A DNA stretch of 64,000 nucleotides from Nageia nagi (taxonomy: Eukaryota; Plantae; Pinophyta), in NCBI GenBank assembly GCA_050084985.1, contig JBITNC010000001.1, positions 53,754,001-53,818,000 of the forward strand, given 5' to 3'. The translations under genes were made by a program, and so were the position numbers. Numbering within the stretch: the stretch's first letter is position 1; every line of letters begins with the position of its first letter. Positions 13,800-27,627 of this stretch are shown piece by piece. Below the pieces are notes generated by a model. It worked only from the letters and a program-made list of their open reading frames with translations. It was not told where the DNA came from and did no database searches.

Positions 13800-16700
13800 C
13801 TTTTCTTCTTTTCTAATACTATATCATCATGCAAAACACTCATATGCTCAAGGGCTAAATCATGAGCTAATGAAAAATAATCCCTACATCTTTTGAAACC
13901 AAATCTTGTTCGTACAACTTTAAATTATCACTATTCACAACAAAATATATCTACATATAGGGTGGAAGGTCTAACTGAAATGCATTTTTACCATCTTGTA
14001 CAATAATAGTGAAAGGTCCATACCTTATCAGTTTCAACTTTTTCCCTTTTTTATTATTGCCTTTCCTTGCTGAGGTTAAGCCATACCTTATATCCAACCT
14101 AAAATTGGTGATCCACTCTATGATGATCATGCCTTTTCTTGTAATTGGATTGATCTTCTCCAACTATCCCTTAACCTTTTGATAAATCAACTTTATCCTC
14201 TCAATGAAACTCTTAGCTCGCTCCTCTTCATTATGAAGAACTACATCTACATTAGTAAATAAAGTAAAAGTAACAACGAAAGGTGATTTTGTCAAATAGC
14301 CAAAACATGTCTCAAAAAAAGATTTATTAATAGAATAATGTATAGCCCAATTATATGCATGTTGTATATAATTCAAATGTTCATCCCAAGTCTTAGTATG
14401 CTTACCATAATAACCTCATAAAAGATACATCATTTTCGCATTTACCACTTCTATCTTCCCATTTTTTATGGATTCAATGTTGTACTCCTTTAACTTAGTG
14501 TCCATCCTTTCCTACAAATATGTCCAAAATCTCCCAAGAAACTTGAAATCTCTATGAAAATAATTGAAGTAGGAAGGCCAAAATGAACTCACACATAAGT
14601 GAACAAAATATTAGTTGCTTCCTATCTTGTCATATTCTTTACATGGAATCAAAATACATATTTTTACTGGATCAATCCACAACCACATATAAATAATCAT
14701 ATCCACTATTGGATATAGGAAAACCTCCAACAAAATCCATGGAAATGCTTTCCTATGGTTGTGTAGGAACTAACAATGGTATGTAGAGTTCAAGCTTTCT
14801 ATTACTTGGTTTGCTAACACTATGTAACATACAACCTCTAATATACATGGATACATTTTCTTTCATTTTATGCCAGTAACAATATCTTTGCAAATTGGCA
14901 AGAGTTTTTCCAACACCAAAATATCTTGAAATACAAGAAGTGTGACCTTCCTTAATAAGATCATTTCTCTCACCAATAGGAATACAAAGCTTTCCTAAAT
15001 GAAAAAGTAATCCATCATGCACATGAAATTCAATGTTTTCATTTTCATCACCATGACTCGATCTATGATAGATATCTTGAAAATTAGGATATCAACATAT
15101 TATTCTTTATAACCTTCATGCATCAAAGAAATATTTTGCAGGATTATACCAACTGTTGCAATTGGAGGTCTAGAAAACATATCAATAATCTTATTTTGTG
15201 AAACTCTTTTATACTTAATTTGCCAAATGAAATTGTTACAAAAATCCCATCTAACAAAAATATCGAGATTGTTACAATTTAGATTATGATTGACTATATT
15301 GTAAGGGTTGATGATTTGTATGTACTATTATCTCTTTACCCACCAAATAATATTTCCACTTTTTAACACTTTGAACTAATGCAAATAATTATTTATCATA
15401 AGGGGGATAGTTTCTTACCACATTGTTGAACATCTTAGAGTGATAACATATTGGATGTCTATCTCCTAACAAAATAGCACCCATAGCATAATCACTTGCA
15501 TTAGTTTCTATCTAAAATTATTGTTGAAAATTACAAAAAGTAAGAACTAGAGCATTACTAATTTTTCTTTTCAGTAAATCAAAATCATGTTGTTATTTTC
15601 CTCCCCACTAAAATCCATGATTCTTCCTTATAATGGCATGGAGTGGAGAAGTAATAAAAGAAAAATTAGCAATGAACTTGTGAAGATATTGCACTACTCC
15701 AAGAAAACTCCTTATTTTTATCACATTAGTGGGCCTGGGCCATTGCACAATAGCCTTTACTTTGGAAGGATCTATCCTCAGTTGGCCTCCACAAACAATA
15801 TGACCCAAATAGATTAAACTTTTACTAACAAACTCACACTTAGAAATTTTCAAAAAGAGTTTAGCTCCCTTAATACTTTAAACACTTTATGATTGTGAAT
15901 CACATGACCATTCCAATCATTACTATAATTAAGAATATCATCTAGATATACAATAACAAAATCATCAAGAAAAGACCTTAAAACTTCATTCATCACTCTC
16001 ATGAAAGTATCAAGTGCATTGCATAAATCAGATGGTAGAATGTCAATATAATTCAATATTAGAAGTGCTACATCTTGATGCAATTGAATCTCATGCTAAA
16101 TATCTCTTTTAGGTGGAAGTTCTTTAGGTTCTTAAAACAAATCCTGAAATTCAAAAATTTCCTCTTTTACTTCTTCTTTATAGTGAGGATCACATCCATC
16201 AAGATTTTTTATAATCTCCACTTCATTTTGATACCTCACCATTGCAAGTGCAAACTTCTATCATGCATTAATAAACCTATTTTCTTATCCTATGTTGATC
16301 AAAGAAACATTCTTTGCCTTATTTTTATGAGCTTTAATCATGTATTCAATCCTATACTTAAAAAATCTATATTTATTTTCCTTTCTATAAAACAAAGCAT
16401 CTCTATCATATAGATATGGACTTCTTAGCACAATCCCACAAATTTCCAAAGGAAAAACATCAAGTAAGACCTCATCTATGAAATCCATATTGATTGCAAA
16501 GCTCAAATGGCATTGATGAGTAACTTGTAATTTTTCTTACAATGAGTACATTGATCTTTAGATTTTTCTTTTTGAACAGTGGAAGTGGTTTTTCCCTTCA
16601 TTTTTCCCTTTCCTTTATTCTTTTCATAATTATTATTAGAAATATTTTTCTTATTCCATTCTCTTACAAATTTACCCCTTTCTTCTAATTGTGGCTTGTA

Positions 16701-18386
16701 CACAAACATGATCCAATTCAGTTGGATTGAACATCAACAATGTATGCTTCAAATAATTGTGCAAACCACCTATATACTTAATAAGAGTATCTTGTATATT
16801 GAGATGAATAACTACAATAATATCTCTTTTTCAAAATTATATAGTGTAATCTTGCATACTCCATACTTTGCCTTGGTGAAAACTTTGCTATTCCATAACT
16901 TCCTTTTTCCGATAGCTCAATGGATAAAACTACTCTTGTAGCAGTTATGTAAAATGATCCCAAGTATATATGGAATCCTTAAGACTCTCATTTGTTGATT
17001 GAATATGAATTTCCCATAAAATAAGTGTTGAATGACCCATATTTATGGTTTCTAATTGGATTTTATCTTCATCATTAATAATATTCTAAATTCTATAATA
17101 AACTTCAATTTGTTTTATACAATAATCCAAATTTTTGACATTTACTTCATCATTAAACATAGGAAAATCAAATTTAAATTCTAATTTTAAAGGGAAACTT
17201 ATTATAGGAATTTAATGTCTCTTAGTATTGAATTATTACCTCCACTTGTTTTAGATTCATATTTCTTAGCCTGATGTTCTTAAAAAGATTGGAATTACAA
17301 AGACATTTTCTGGAACATAGTTGTAAGATCCAAAAGTTGCTTTTCAATATTGGCTCCACCTTTAGAAGTCATGGTTTCTTTCTCTTTTTTCTTTCTTATC
17401 CAAATTCTAGAATAATTTTTGAATCTCTTTCCATAATATCTCCTTCTCCCTTATTTCTTTGTGATCTAGTAATCATGCAATAATAATTCCAAAATACCCA
17501 ACAATAAACTATAATAATAGAGTCTAATTCCCAAGAAAATAACTTTGATCTGATACCAAAATATGATCTGTAATTAGAAGGATTAAAATTAATTTATCTC
17601 TTATTGGAATCACTTCACACTCAACTTAATTACTAAGATGATTTGAAACTTAAATGTGGCAAAACCAAAGAAAAAACACACCAAAAGAGACACCATAATT
17701 TACCCTAGTTCACGTAGTGTGGGCTACATCTAGCAACAAAATATCTCTTAATAAGTGAATGTTAAAATGATGTATAATGGCTTCAAAAAACTTCAATATT
17801 CCTTCTCATAATTGCACAAAACCACAGCTCTAAAATAACTTAGAAATCTCTCTCCAAACTCTCTATAATACTCATCCTCGAATACCTCCAACTTGCCTCT
17901 TTATACAATAAATGTAGAGGCCAATTTTGGAGGGTTTTAAAAACTAGAAGGTTACAATAAAAATACTATTTTTAGGTACATAATATGCTTATCTAGATAT
18001 GGTCCAAATTTGGGCTCAAATGGTTAAGCCAATCTCCAAATATTAGCTTTGAAAGCTTAAAAAACTCGCTCTCTAGAAATACAAGCTTTGAAAATAAACT
18101 CAACCAAATAATAGGCCTTTCAAAACCCCTCAAATAAATTACAATACCTTTTAAACCATGTAAAAACATGCAAATCCACATAAATTAGATAGATCCAATA
18201 ATTTTGTGCCACTTGGCAGCATGCAAACAGTAGTTAACCCCTATTAATTGGTGGACTGACATCATCAATAGTTTGAGGTTGGCAGTCTAGTGGTGTCACA
18301 TGGCTCATCGATGGTTGGTGGTCACTAGATGGAAGTTAAGCAATCTCTCCACCATATGAGTGAATGGTTAGGGTAGATGATGATCA
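13800..18386 (-). mobile_element. Ty3/gypsy element related to the element at 1-2649: 5' LTR, PBS, gag, protease, partly deleted RT, RNase H, integrase
   Basis: ORFs read FVIVYLDDIL, RSFLGVVQY, YFGVGKTLANLQRY, YIQHAYN and LIRYGPFTI. LTR motifs are shared with 1909-2649. The outer LTR end is approximate. Confidence 0.88.
17547..17558 (-). promoter_or_regulatory. Primer-binding site (tRNA-iMet type)
   Basis: The reverse complement TGGTATCAGATC lies a few nt inside the LTR end (...TTACAGATCA at 17564). Confidence 0.85.
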
Positions 18387-18660
18387 CCTCCCATTCTTAC
18401 ATGTTGGGATCCCTTAACACCATGGTGACATCCAAGTTGGTAGGTTAGACCCGCCCATATCCCACATCGACATCCTAATCATTTTTGGATCCAAATTTTA
18501 TATATACTCTTATTGCATTATTCCTTGGATGAATCATTATACATGCATTTTTTACCACCTTGATCATGTAGGATATCATGAGGGTGATTTGAACTTCATT
18601 TTTGAAATACCCATAAAATCTAAATTGGGCATGTAGTTGTGTCTAATTAGTTATTGTAAA

Positions 18661-18832
18661 TTAAATATTTTAGTTTTGAATTCCCTAATAGACATGTGTA
18701 CAAAATGTGGAAGAATAGATAAGGCCCAAGAATTGTTTAACAATATCATGATGCAAACATATTTTCATGGTATGCAATGACTATAGGATACACATAAAAT
18801 GGGTTTTATGAAAAATAACCTAGAGACCTTTA
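18661..18832 (+). pseudogene. Isolated PLS-class PPR fragment (S motif and start of P motif)
   Basis: Reads VLNSLIDMCTKCGRIDKAQELFNN / DANIFSWYAMTIGYT*NGF...LETF, matching the consensus NALIDMYAKCG.I..A..LF..M...DV.SWNAMI.GY.QNG. Confidence 0.85.
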
Positions 18833-19299
18833 TTCCATAATCATAATAATTACTTGCAAGATATATAAAAGAATACTTGTTGGATGCTCTCCATAATGGC
18901 CTTTTCTATGCTCTTCTCAACCCCCTCAATTCGGCTCTACTCTTTGCAAAAAATTGGAATTGGTCCAATGCTTTAACCCCCTTGAATCAAAATGATATAA
19001 GTTAAGTGCTTACCCCCTCAGTTGTTCTTCTCAAAAAACTTAAAATATTACAAGTACTTTCCAAATTTACCCATGTGGGATTTTATTATTTTTTATTCTT
19101 GACATTAAGGGGCAATTTTTACCCATCTCCTTATGATTTAGGGGGCATTTAAAAACCACCCCTATAACTACAACAAAAATCTAAAAATGAGATGGTTAAA
19201 AATTATCACACCAAAAAAGTCTCAAATCACTCACCTCCAAATCCCATTTTTAGTCTAGTGATCCCTTATAAAATTTTGATAATGTTAAGTCAATATTAA

Positions 19300-22200
19300 A
19301 AGCACACATAAAATTTTAGTGGTTTGAAAAGAGTCCAACCCTTCATATGCCCTAGGTACTCAATCTCACCTTATCCAAAAGAATATTTTGAACACTTGGC
19401 ATATAATTAGTTATCTTGTAGAACTTGTAAATTTTGATCTAGGTGGGCCAAATGGTCCTCCCAATTCTTTTTATAGACAAAAATATCATGAAATATATAA
19501 TGGCCTTCATGTATGCAAAAGGCTATTTTGGGAATATCTTCTTCTCTGAGTCAATTTGATGATACCCTAATCATAGATCATAAACTCATTCTTGGTAATC
19601 GTAGTTTATCATATTCTTGGTAAAATTACATGATTGCCAGACTCTTAATTTTCAAGAAATATTAATCCAAGAAATTGTAGATACACTTCTCAATAATAGA
19701 ACATGGAAAACTAGTAACAAATAAATATGATAGGCCTTATAAATCATGTAGTTCTTCCAAAATTTCATAATGATAGGAATGGAAAATTTATCCTTTACTA
19801 TGATTTTGTTGAGAGCTTGAAAGTCAATTCACATTTATCGTGAAACATTCTTTTTTTAACCAATAAGACTATGAAAGAGTAAGGACTTACACTTGGTTAA
19901 ATAATTCCCTATTTTCATCATTTTTATACTAATTTCTTGATTTCATTCTTCTACAAATAATAATAGTGATAAGATTAAATGATTGATAGTCAACTTCCAT
20001 GGAAATGTTGTATAACATGATCTTAAGGGAAATTTTAAGGTAGCCCTTTTGGTTCTTTATAAAATCCTTCATGGTATGCCAAAATTTATTATATTTCTTC
20101 AATTCACCTTATGTCTTCTCAATTGGTTGAAATGAAAATAATTATGCAACCATCCCTTTTCCTCCTTTCCAAAGAAGCTTCTACATATGGTGGGAACTAA
20201 TTATCTATGAAGGGCTTGAGTGTGGTTCCTTAAGGGTATATTTCTATCCTTGAACCATGAATTCCATTCATAACTCAATAAAATACCACAAGATAGGTCA
20301 TAATGTCTACAACCATTGAGCTCCAAGGATCACATCACATCCTCCCAATATAAGGGTATACATGTCACTCTTTAAATTATAATTTCCTATGGTTAGTTTG
20401 ACATTATGATATTTCCCTTTACATTGAATCTTTCTTCCATTACCAATTATTACTTCAAAGCTATTTTGAGGTTTTATATAGCAATTAGCCTATTTTGCCA
20501 CACTCAAGTCAATGAAATTATTTGTACTCCCTAAATCAATAATCATAATGAGATTTTATCACTTGAATTATCCTTAACATTTCATAGTTTACGAAGAAGT
20601 AAATCCTAAAAGTGCATTGAAAGAAATTTTTGGAGTATCTTTATTAGGGTTACTAGGTTCATATGATACTTCATATACTAATACCTCATCCTCATCAACT
20701 ATTGAGTCACCAAGAATATCTACACTCAATAAATATAACTTTGTATTACACATATATGATTTGGACTATATTTTTCACTATAAATATAATAAATACCCTT
20801 CTCTCTTTGATCTTTCATTTACTCTAGGTTAAGTTGTTTAACTTGCAATGGTCGATTATGTTTTAGATCAGGTTGAGAAAATTATGATCTTCCAAATCGT
20901 TACTTCCCCTATCGATGCTAAGTATCGAACTTATTTTTGGCCAATTTAGCTAGTCCAACACTTCAATAATGGTGTTAGGATTGCATATCTGCACTTCCAC
21001 TCTAATTTATTCTTTCAACCCACTATGAAGTAACTATTGAAAAAGGATTCATCTAATCCATCAATGTGGTTTGAAAGTTTCTCAAACTAAGTTTGATATT
21101 TCTTCATGGATGTAGTTCTGCAAATTTTTGTTAAAGCTCTATAAAAATATTTAAAAACACTTGGGCCAAATCTATCAAATTAATGTTTGGTAAATTCCCC
21201 CAAGTAATGATTTCATTTATCTTTTCAAATCATTGGTACCATTGGATGGATTCATTCTCTAGATGGAATGATGTAATATTAACCTTCTATGCCTTAGGAA
21301 TCTGATTCAATAGAAATATTATTACACCTAATGAATCCAACTTGTTGGTTCATCACCATCAAATTTTAGAAAATATAACTTGTTTTTTATTGGAATAATG
21401 AATACTTGTTGATGACCATGGTGCATTTGGTATGATTTTCCTGTAGACTAATAAGAACTTGAATATGATATGTTTAGAGACTATGTTCCCACATTTGATA
21501 GTATTACTTGTTGGACTAATTTTAGGTTCTTACTCAATGTGTTATATTTGGCATCCAGTCATGTTATTCTTATCTCCATATTATTGAAGGTATTTTTGGA
21601 GTTAACTTGACTCAACATATCACTAATTTATTTAACCTCATGGGATAATTTTTCTAAGTCTTGAGATCTTCTTTTGTCACCCATCTAAAAAAATAGTACT
21701 ATATACAAAAATAGTTTGCTTGAAAAGTTGATTGCAATGGGTTAGGTATCAAAATGATGATTTTTGAAGTTTTGAACTCTTTTTTTTTTAAATTATTACC
21801 AAAGATAAAGAAATTGCTCTCATTTTTTGGTAATTCTTCATGGTTTAGGAGGTATTAGTCTCTTAAGTTTTTACTTTTTCTAAAAACTATTATTTATAGC
21901 ATGCAAAAAGAGGGTTCCTAAAAATGAATGATTTCATAATACTAATAGATCCAACATAGTCTAAAACCCTACACCCAATATACCAAAAGGATTGGCTCAT
22001 CTCATAAAAGGGTATCACAATATGGTCTCAAAATTTAACAAATTTTTGAAAACAATTAGTAGAGTTTCATTTTAAAAATAAAAAATCTAGGGTTTTAACT
22101 CATTTAAGTTCATAAAAAAAAATCTAATTTTCAAATCGCCCATAGGTAGCCAAAAATGAAGCTTTGATATTAATTTTTAGGAATCTAGAAGATCTAAAAG

Positions 22201-22700
22201 GAGATTTATCTAAAATAGAAACAAAATATGGAATAAAAATAGTTCATAAATTAATAGAATTTATATCCAAGTATTATGATTCAGAATTAAAGAAAGTAAC
22301 ATAATAAGATAACTTTACTAAATCATAATATAAGTTATAGGTTGCTTCAAGGGGCCTTCCTCATTATAACTCAAAAGATAAATATTTCTCCAAGATGTTA
22401 TCTCTACTCCTCTTACACATATTTATAGTGATATTATCCTAATCTTAATTGGGGATTCATTACAAAATGATAATTTACCTTATAAAAATATGATGATTCA
22501 TGTTACAAAGTGATACAAGTTGATAATTAACTAGCTACTAATAACAATTAAATGTTAGGATAGGGGATCCTAACATAATACCTACAATCAAAACAAGAAA
22601 TATGATGGTTCACATTGCAAGCTAATACAAGTGGATAATTAATTAACTACTACTAATAATTAAATTTCAAGATAGGGGATCCTAACGTACTACTTACAAT
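19300..22700 (-). mobile_element. Chromovirus-type (Reina/Tekay-like) gypsy remnant: LTR, degenerate PBS, gag, protease, RT; 3' truncated
   Basis: Minus strand reads KLYFLKFDGDEPTSWI (gag, ~21350), IIDLGSTNNFID (protease, ~20530), DL*LGYHQI and EIEYLGH (RT). A PBS-like TAATATCAAAGC sits at 22161-22172. Confidence 0.8.
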
Positions 22701-22702
22701 CA
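22510..22702. repeat. Direct duplication of ~78 bp (period ~113 bp) in an LTR-like region
   Basis: atacaagt.gataattaa...gataggggatcctaac.ta.tac.tacaatca occurs twice. Confidence 0.75.
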
Positions 22703-23869
22703 TTGTTTGTTGGTTGAGTTGGTCATGTTGTGATCCTATGTCATAGAGTGTCCCATGTTCAAATTCCACAAACAATGATACAATGTACTCCTTACATTCA
22801 TCCCATAGACCACTCTTGTTCTCTTGTAGATGTTAATAAAATTTATTTCTTTCTCTACTACTCCATGCAACCCTCTCTTGGCATGAAATGTATAGCACTT
22901 GAAATGAGATACCCATTTTCTCCTCGAGGTTCATGCCACCCTCCCAAGTAGCCAATAAGCTATCTTAGAAGCCTTCAGAAGAGTTCAAGTTCTTTGGAGA
23001 TCTAAAAATGCTATGATCATTCCAACATTCCCTATGAATTCTTACCAAAAATAAATATTCCTTAATTAATTGTAATTTTTCAATTCATCCAATAGCATAC
23101 ATTGAAACTAATTAAAAAATCCATATGTAATAACCTTAAATCATGGATTTTCTTGCAAAAAGTATACTAAATGATGATTAGAGAGCTTGGAGGTTTGCAC
23201 ACTTGACAAAATAATCTCACTTTTCAAGATGAGCTATGCAAAATCATTTAGCTCTATTAATTCAAAATTATCAATTAAATATTTAAAATATCCATGTCTT
23301 TTGCTTTAAATAACATACATACATTTAATTACCATTTTGAAATGCTCAACCAATCATGATACCCTCTTCATAGCCAATGATAATTCTTGATTTCTTTAAA
23401 ATAGAAATAAAATATTAATGTAATTAGTGTTCCTTTATGTCATGATTTAACTAACTATAATCCAAATATTCTCATTAGAGGAAAGTGATGACTTGACATT
23501 CTTGCCAATTTAATAATACAAAAGCACATTTAAATTTAGAATGGTCACCCACTTTCTATGGCTCTTCATTTAAAATATAAATACAATATCTTGTTTCCTC
23601 ACTTAGCATGATTTCAAATCAATTATTATTTTATTGTGTTTATTTTCTCCCACCTTGCCTTCATAGCCTTGGTGGCTTTTTAAATAATTTCTAAAATGTG
23701 ACCTAATATAATACATAATACCACTCCTAATAATATTATTAATAACCCTTTCATAATTATTAATATTATTAATATGGGGCTCATTCTAATTAAATGACCT
23801 TATTATGGTTTATCTAACATTATCTTAATAGAGACCATATTCATTTAATTTCTTTGAAGCATTAATAAT

Positions 23870-26800
23870 TTATTTCAACCCAAGAGAACTCTCCTACTCA
23901 TAGCATTAGCTACTTGATTTCTTTTACTTAATTTGTGCTTGAGTATGAAGGTATAACTAGTAAGTATTCAACCCATTTAGTTTTCATTGTGCTCAATTTT
24001 CTTTGGTTTTTAAGATATTACAATGTTTGATGGTCAATATACAAAATAAGTTCCTTGGGCAATAAATAATACCTACAATACTTCAATGCTTAGACTATGG
24101 CATAAAGTTCTTGTCCTACACAAAGTATTTTTATTTATCCTAATTTAACTTCTAGTTGAATTATGCAATTGATTTTTCTTCTTGACTAAGAATGATACTA
24201 ATTTCCTTACCAATAGCATCATAATCTACTTGATATACTTTTTTAAATTCTAGATTTCTCAATATTGGTTGTTCAATCATCTTATTCTTCAATAATTTGA
24301 AACTATTTTCAACCTCTTTAGCCCACATAAAAATTCCCTTTTTAATACAAGAATTTAAAGGTTCACATATAGTATTGAAATCCTTGATGAATTTCCTATA
24401 AAATTTTGCTAATTCACTGAAGCTTCTAACTTTTATAGTACATCTTAGGCTAGGCGAATCTTTGATGGCAACTACCTTTGTTGGGTCCATATTTAACCCA
24501 TATTTAGATAAATCAAGTTTGACTTGAATAATGAATATTTATTCAAGTTTAATAATTATTTTTATTATCATATTTTTTCTAAGATTACCCTCAAATAGTG
24601 CATATGATCTTCATACTAAGATATCATCAAGGTAAATAACTACAAACTTATTGAGGAATGGTTTCAACACTTTCTTCATCAATATCATGAAAGCGTTTGG
24701 TGCATTGGTTCTAATGGCACAACCAACCACTTATAAAGACTATGCTTTTTCTAATATCTAGTATTCTACTCATATCCTTCTCTAATTCTAATTTGGTGAT
24801 ACCCACTCTTGAAATATATTTTGTAAAAGAAATTGGAATCACACAAATTATCTTATAGATCATCCATTCTTAGGATAGGGGATCTATACTTGATAGTAAT
24901 CATGTTGATTTCTCTTAAATCCATCCACATTCTCCACTCCCCATCTTTCTTTGGATTTAAAATAATAATTACAATACAAGGGATCAAAATCTCTCTTATT
25001 AATACTCTTTTGAGTAAATCCTTACATTTCTTATTCAATTCTATTATTCCCATAGGATCCATCCTATGGGGTGTTTGACTTGGCAAATTTGCTCCTAGAA
25101 TAAGGTCCATATTGTAAGAAATCCTTCTCATTCATGTTAAAGCAACTGACATATTTCCATCTACCATAATGCCTTCATAATATTTTAAAATCATTACAAT
25201 CTCTTAAAGTATAATCTCTTTTTTTTATTGTTCCTTAGGAAAAATTGCATAGCACACATGTGCTGCTTTTCTCTCAGTATGAAATTATTTATCTTCCAAT
25301 TGCACTAGTCAACTCCTAACTTCAACATTGGCACACTTTAATGGTTTAATCAAATACTTATATCCATTCTTGATCACTATAATGTGATTCTTACACCCAT
25401 CATATATTATGCTCTTATCATACTATCATGGCCTTTCTAGCAGTAGATGACATGCATACATTAGAATGATATCATGCCACACTTGATCTATATATCCCAT
25501 CATTCAAAAGGATACTTTACGATGTTGGTTCACCAAAACTTGTTGATTCTTGTCCAACCATGAGACTTTTTATGATTTTGCATGTGCAATAGTTTGTAGT
25601 GATAACTTCTCTACCATGTATATTGATATCAAATTATCTTTTCTACCACCATCCATAATAACATCATAAAACTTATCACCAATTTTTTCTTCATTCAAAA
25701 ATATATCTTTCCTTTCCAACAATCCATCATTCTTTTTGTACATCATGAATACCCTCCATATCATAAATTGTTTACCCTCACCATAAGTAGTTCCATAGTT
25801 ATACTTTGCTTCATTACTCTCTTCACCTTCAATAACATTGACTCGATTCTCAACCTTATTGCTTGCTTTACACTTAGTCTACTTGTGACCTTCCTTACCA
25901 CAATTATAGCATGTGCCTTTAAATTTAGAGTTCCTCTCTTATTCTTTATCAAACTTTCCTTTACCTTCTCTAGAATTGTACTTCCCTTTGGATTTTCTTT
26001 AATCATAACCATTATTATTTTGATTATTCTTACTACTACTTTTTGTCTTCCCCTTTTCTTTAGATAATTGGGTAAACTTTGTATTAAATTTTTCTTCAAC
26101 CTTAATAATGTACATATAGGCATATTATATTATTTTAATATGTAGTATAGTTAGTTTATCCTAAATTAAACTTTTCAATCTATTTATGTACCTAGCTATG
26201 ATGACTGAACTTGGCTCATAGTTATCAACACTAATGGATTATCTTTAAAATTCTTATGTGTAACCTTGACATTGACTTCCTTTAGCTTCAGGTTCTCCAC
26301 CTTATTAAAGAGAAATAAGTTGTAATATTTTGGCAAAAAATTCTTCTTCAATTATTTTATGATGTTTTCCCATGAATTTTTCTTCACCTTATCATCAATA
26401 ACTCTTTGCTTTTGGATTTGGTAAAACCATAATGAAATATGGTGTTTCAACTTGGTCATATCTATCTTTAATTTGTTGGACTCTTCTAGGTTTTCTATAT
26501 CATTAAAGAAGTTCTCCATTTTTAAGATCTAATCCATCAATTCTTCAAGATTTAGGCTATCATTGTAAATAGGTAAGTTAAACTTTAGCTTACTTCCTAA
26601 TCTTGAAAGTTCTATTAAAACCTTTCTCAGGATAATATATCCATCTTCGTTTAATGATGATGATGAAGAGTTAATCTCCACTTTTGATATATTCAATTCT
26701 TCTATTAGAGCTCTATGCATCCTTGTAGCCTCGACAACTAGCAAGCATACTTGAATATTTTGTAATATATGCAGTATTTCATTATTATTTGCTACATCTC

Positions 26801-26900
26801 CTTATCTTGGGTGAACTCATTTTCCTCCTCTCAATCTTCCTCCTATATCTCCTTGAGTAGGATAGGTATATTTTTGGATAGGAGGATTCTTCTTTATGCA
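23870..26900 (-). mobile_element. CRM-like Ty3/gypsy remnant (gag, protease, RT, RNase H); no integrase or LTR seen
   Basis: Reads KFNLPIYNDSLNLEELMD (gag), DVIMDGGRKDNLIS (protease), MDLILGANLP...KKDGEWRMWMDLREINMITIKYRSPILRMDDL (RT) and DYDAIGKEISIILSQE (RNase H). Confidence 0.85.
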
Positions 26901-27454
26901 CATGGTTCTTGCTCAACATTTAACATTGTTCTTATTGGTAATATTACTCCTTTGAGTATAATTCCTTCATAAAACAATAATAAAGGCACACTTTTGCATA
27001 AATGCCTTTCCTCAATAGGCTTATAGCTTATTATAAAAAAATTAACATTATAGTCTTCAAGGGATATATAGATATATAAAATACCATTTTATTTATCATA
27101 CATTTCTATAATACCTGATTTCAACAAATGAAAATAGACTTTGAAGGAAGTCTCTCTTGGTGTCGATAAGGTAATGCTACTTGAAGCACCCTTTTGAAAA
27201 CCACTCCATGATTTGGTTTGGTCCTTTATAACTATTTTGTAGTCATCCTAATCAAAGTGTAGAAATTAGTGGATAGCAAAACCAACCTACCTTAAACTTT
27301 TGGTCCACCTATCCTCCTCCATGAATAGAATGACTTGAAGACCTATTTCCTCACAACACCTCTAGGAATTGAACCAAGATTTCTAAAGGATATGATATCC
27401 TCTAATTTTAAATATTGTATTTTTTTGGTTATGCCCACCCCTCAAATATTGTAT

Positions 27455-27627
27455 TCTTTTATCCTTTTGAAAGATAATACAAGCATGGATGATACTAGCA
27501 GAGTTATGCAACTCAACTCATTTGAATATTTAGAGCCTTTTACAGCTAACTCTTTTATGCTTTTGAAAGACAATACTAGCATGGATGATACTAGCAGAGT
27601 TATGCAACTCAACTCATTTGAATATTT
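27455..27627. repeat. Near-perfect direct duplication, period 96 bp
   Basis: ttttgaaaga.aatac.agcatggatgatactagcagagttatgcaactcaactcatttgaatattt at 27465 and 27561. Confidence 0.92.

Noticed and set aside
16075-17483. Hydrophobic plus-strand ORFs (also 25768-26067)
   Set aside because: They are antisense shadows of K/E-rich gag and protease coding sequence.
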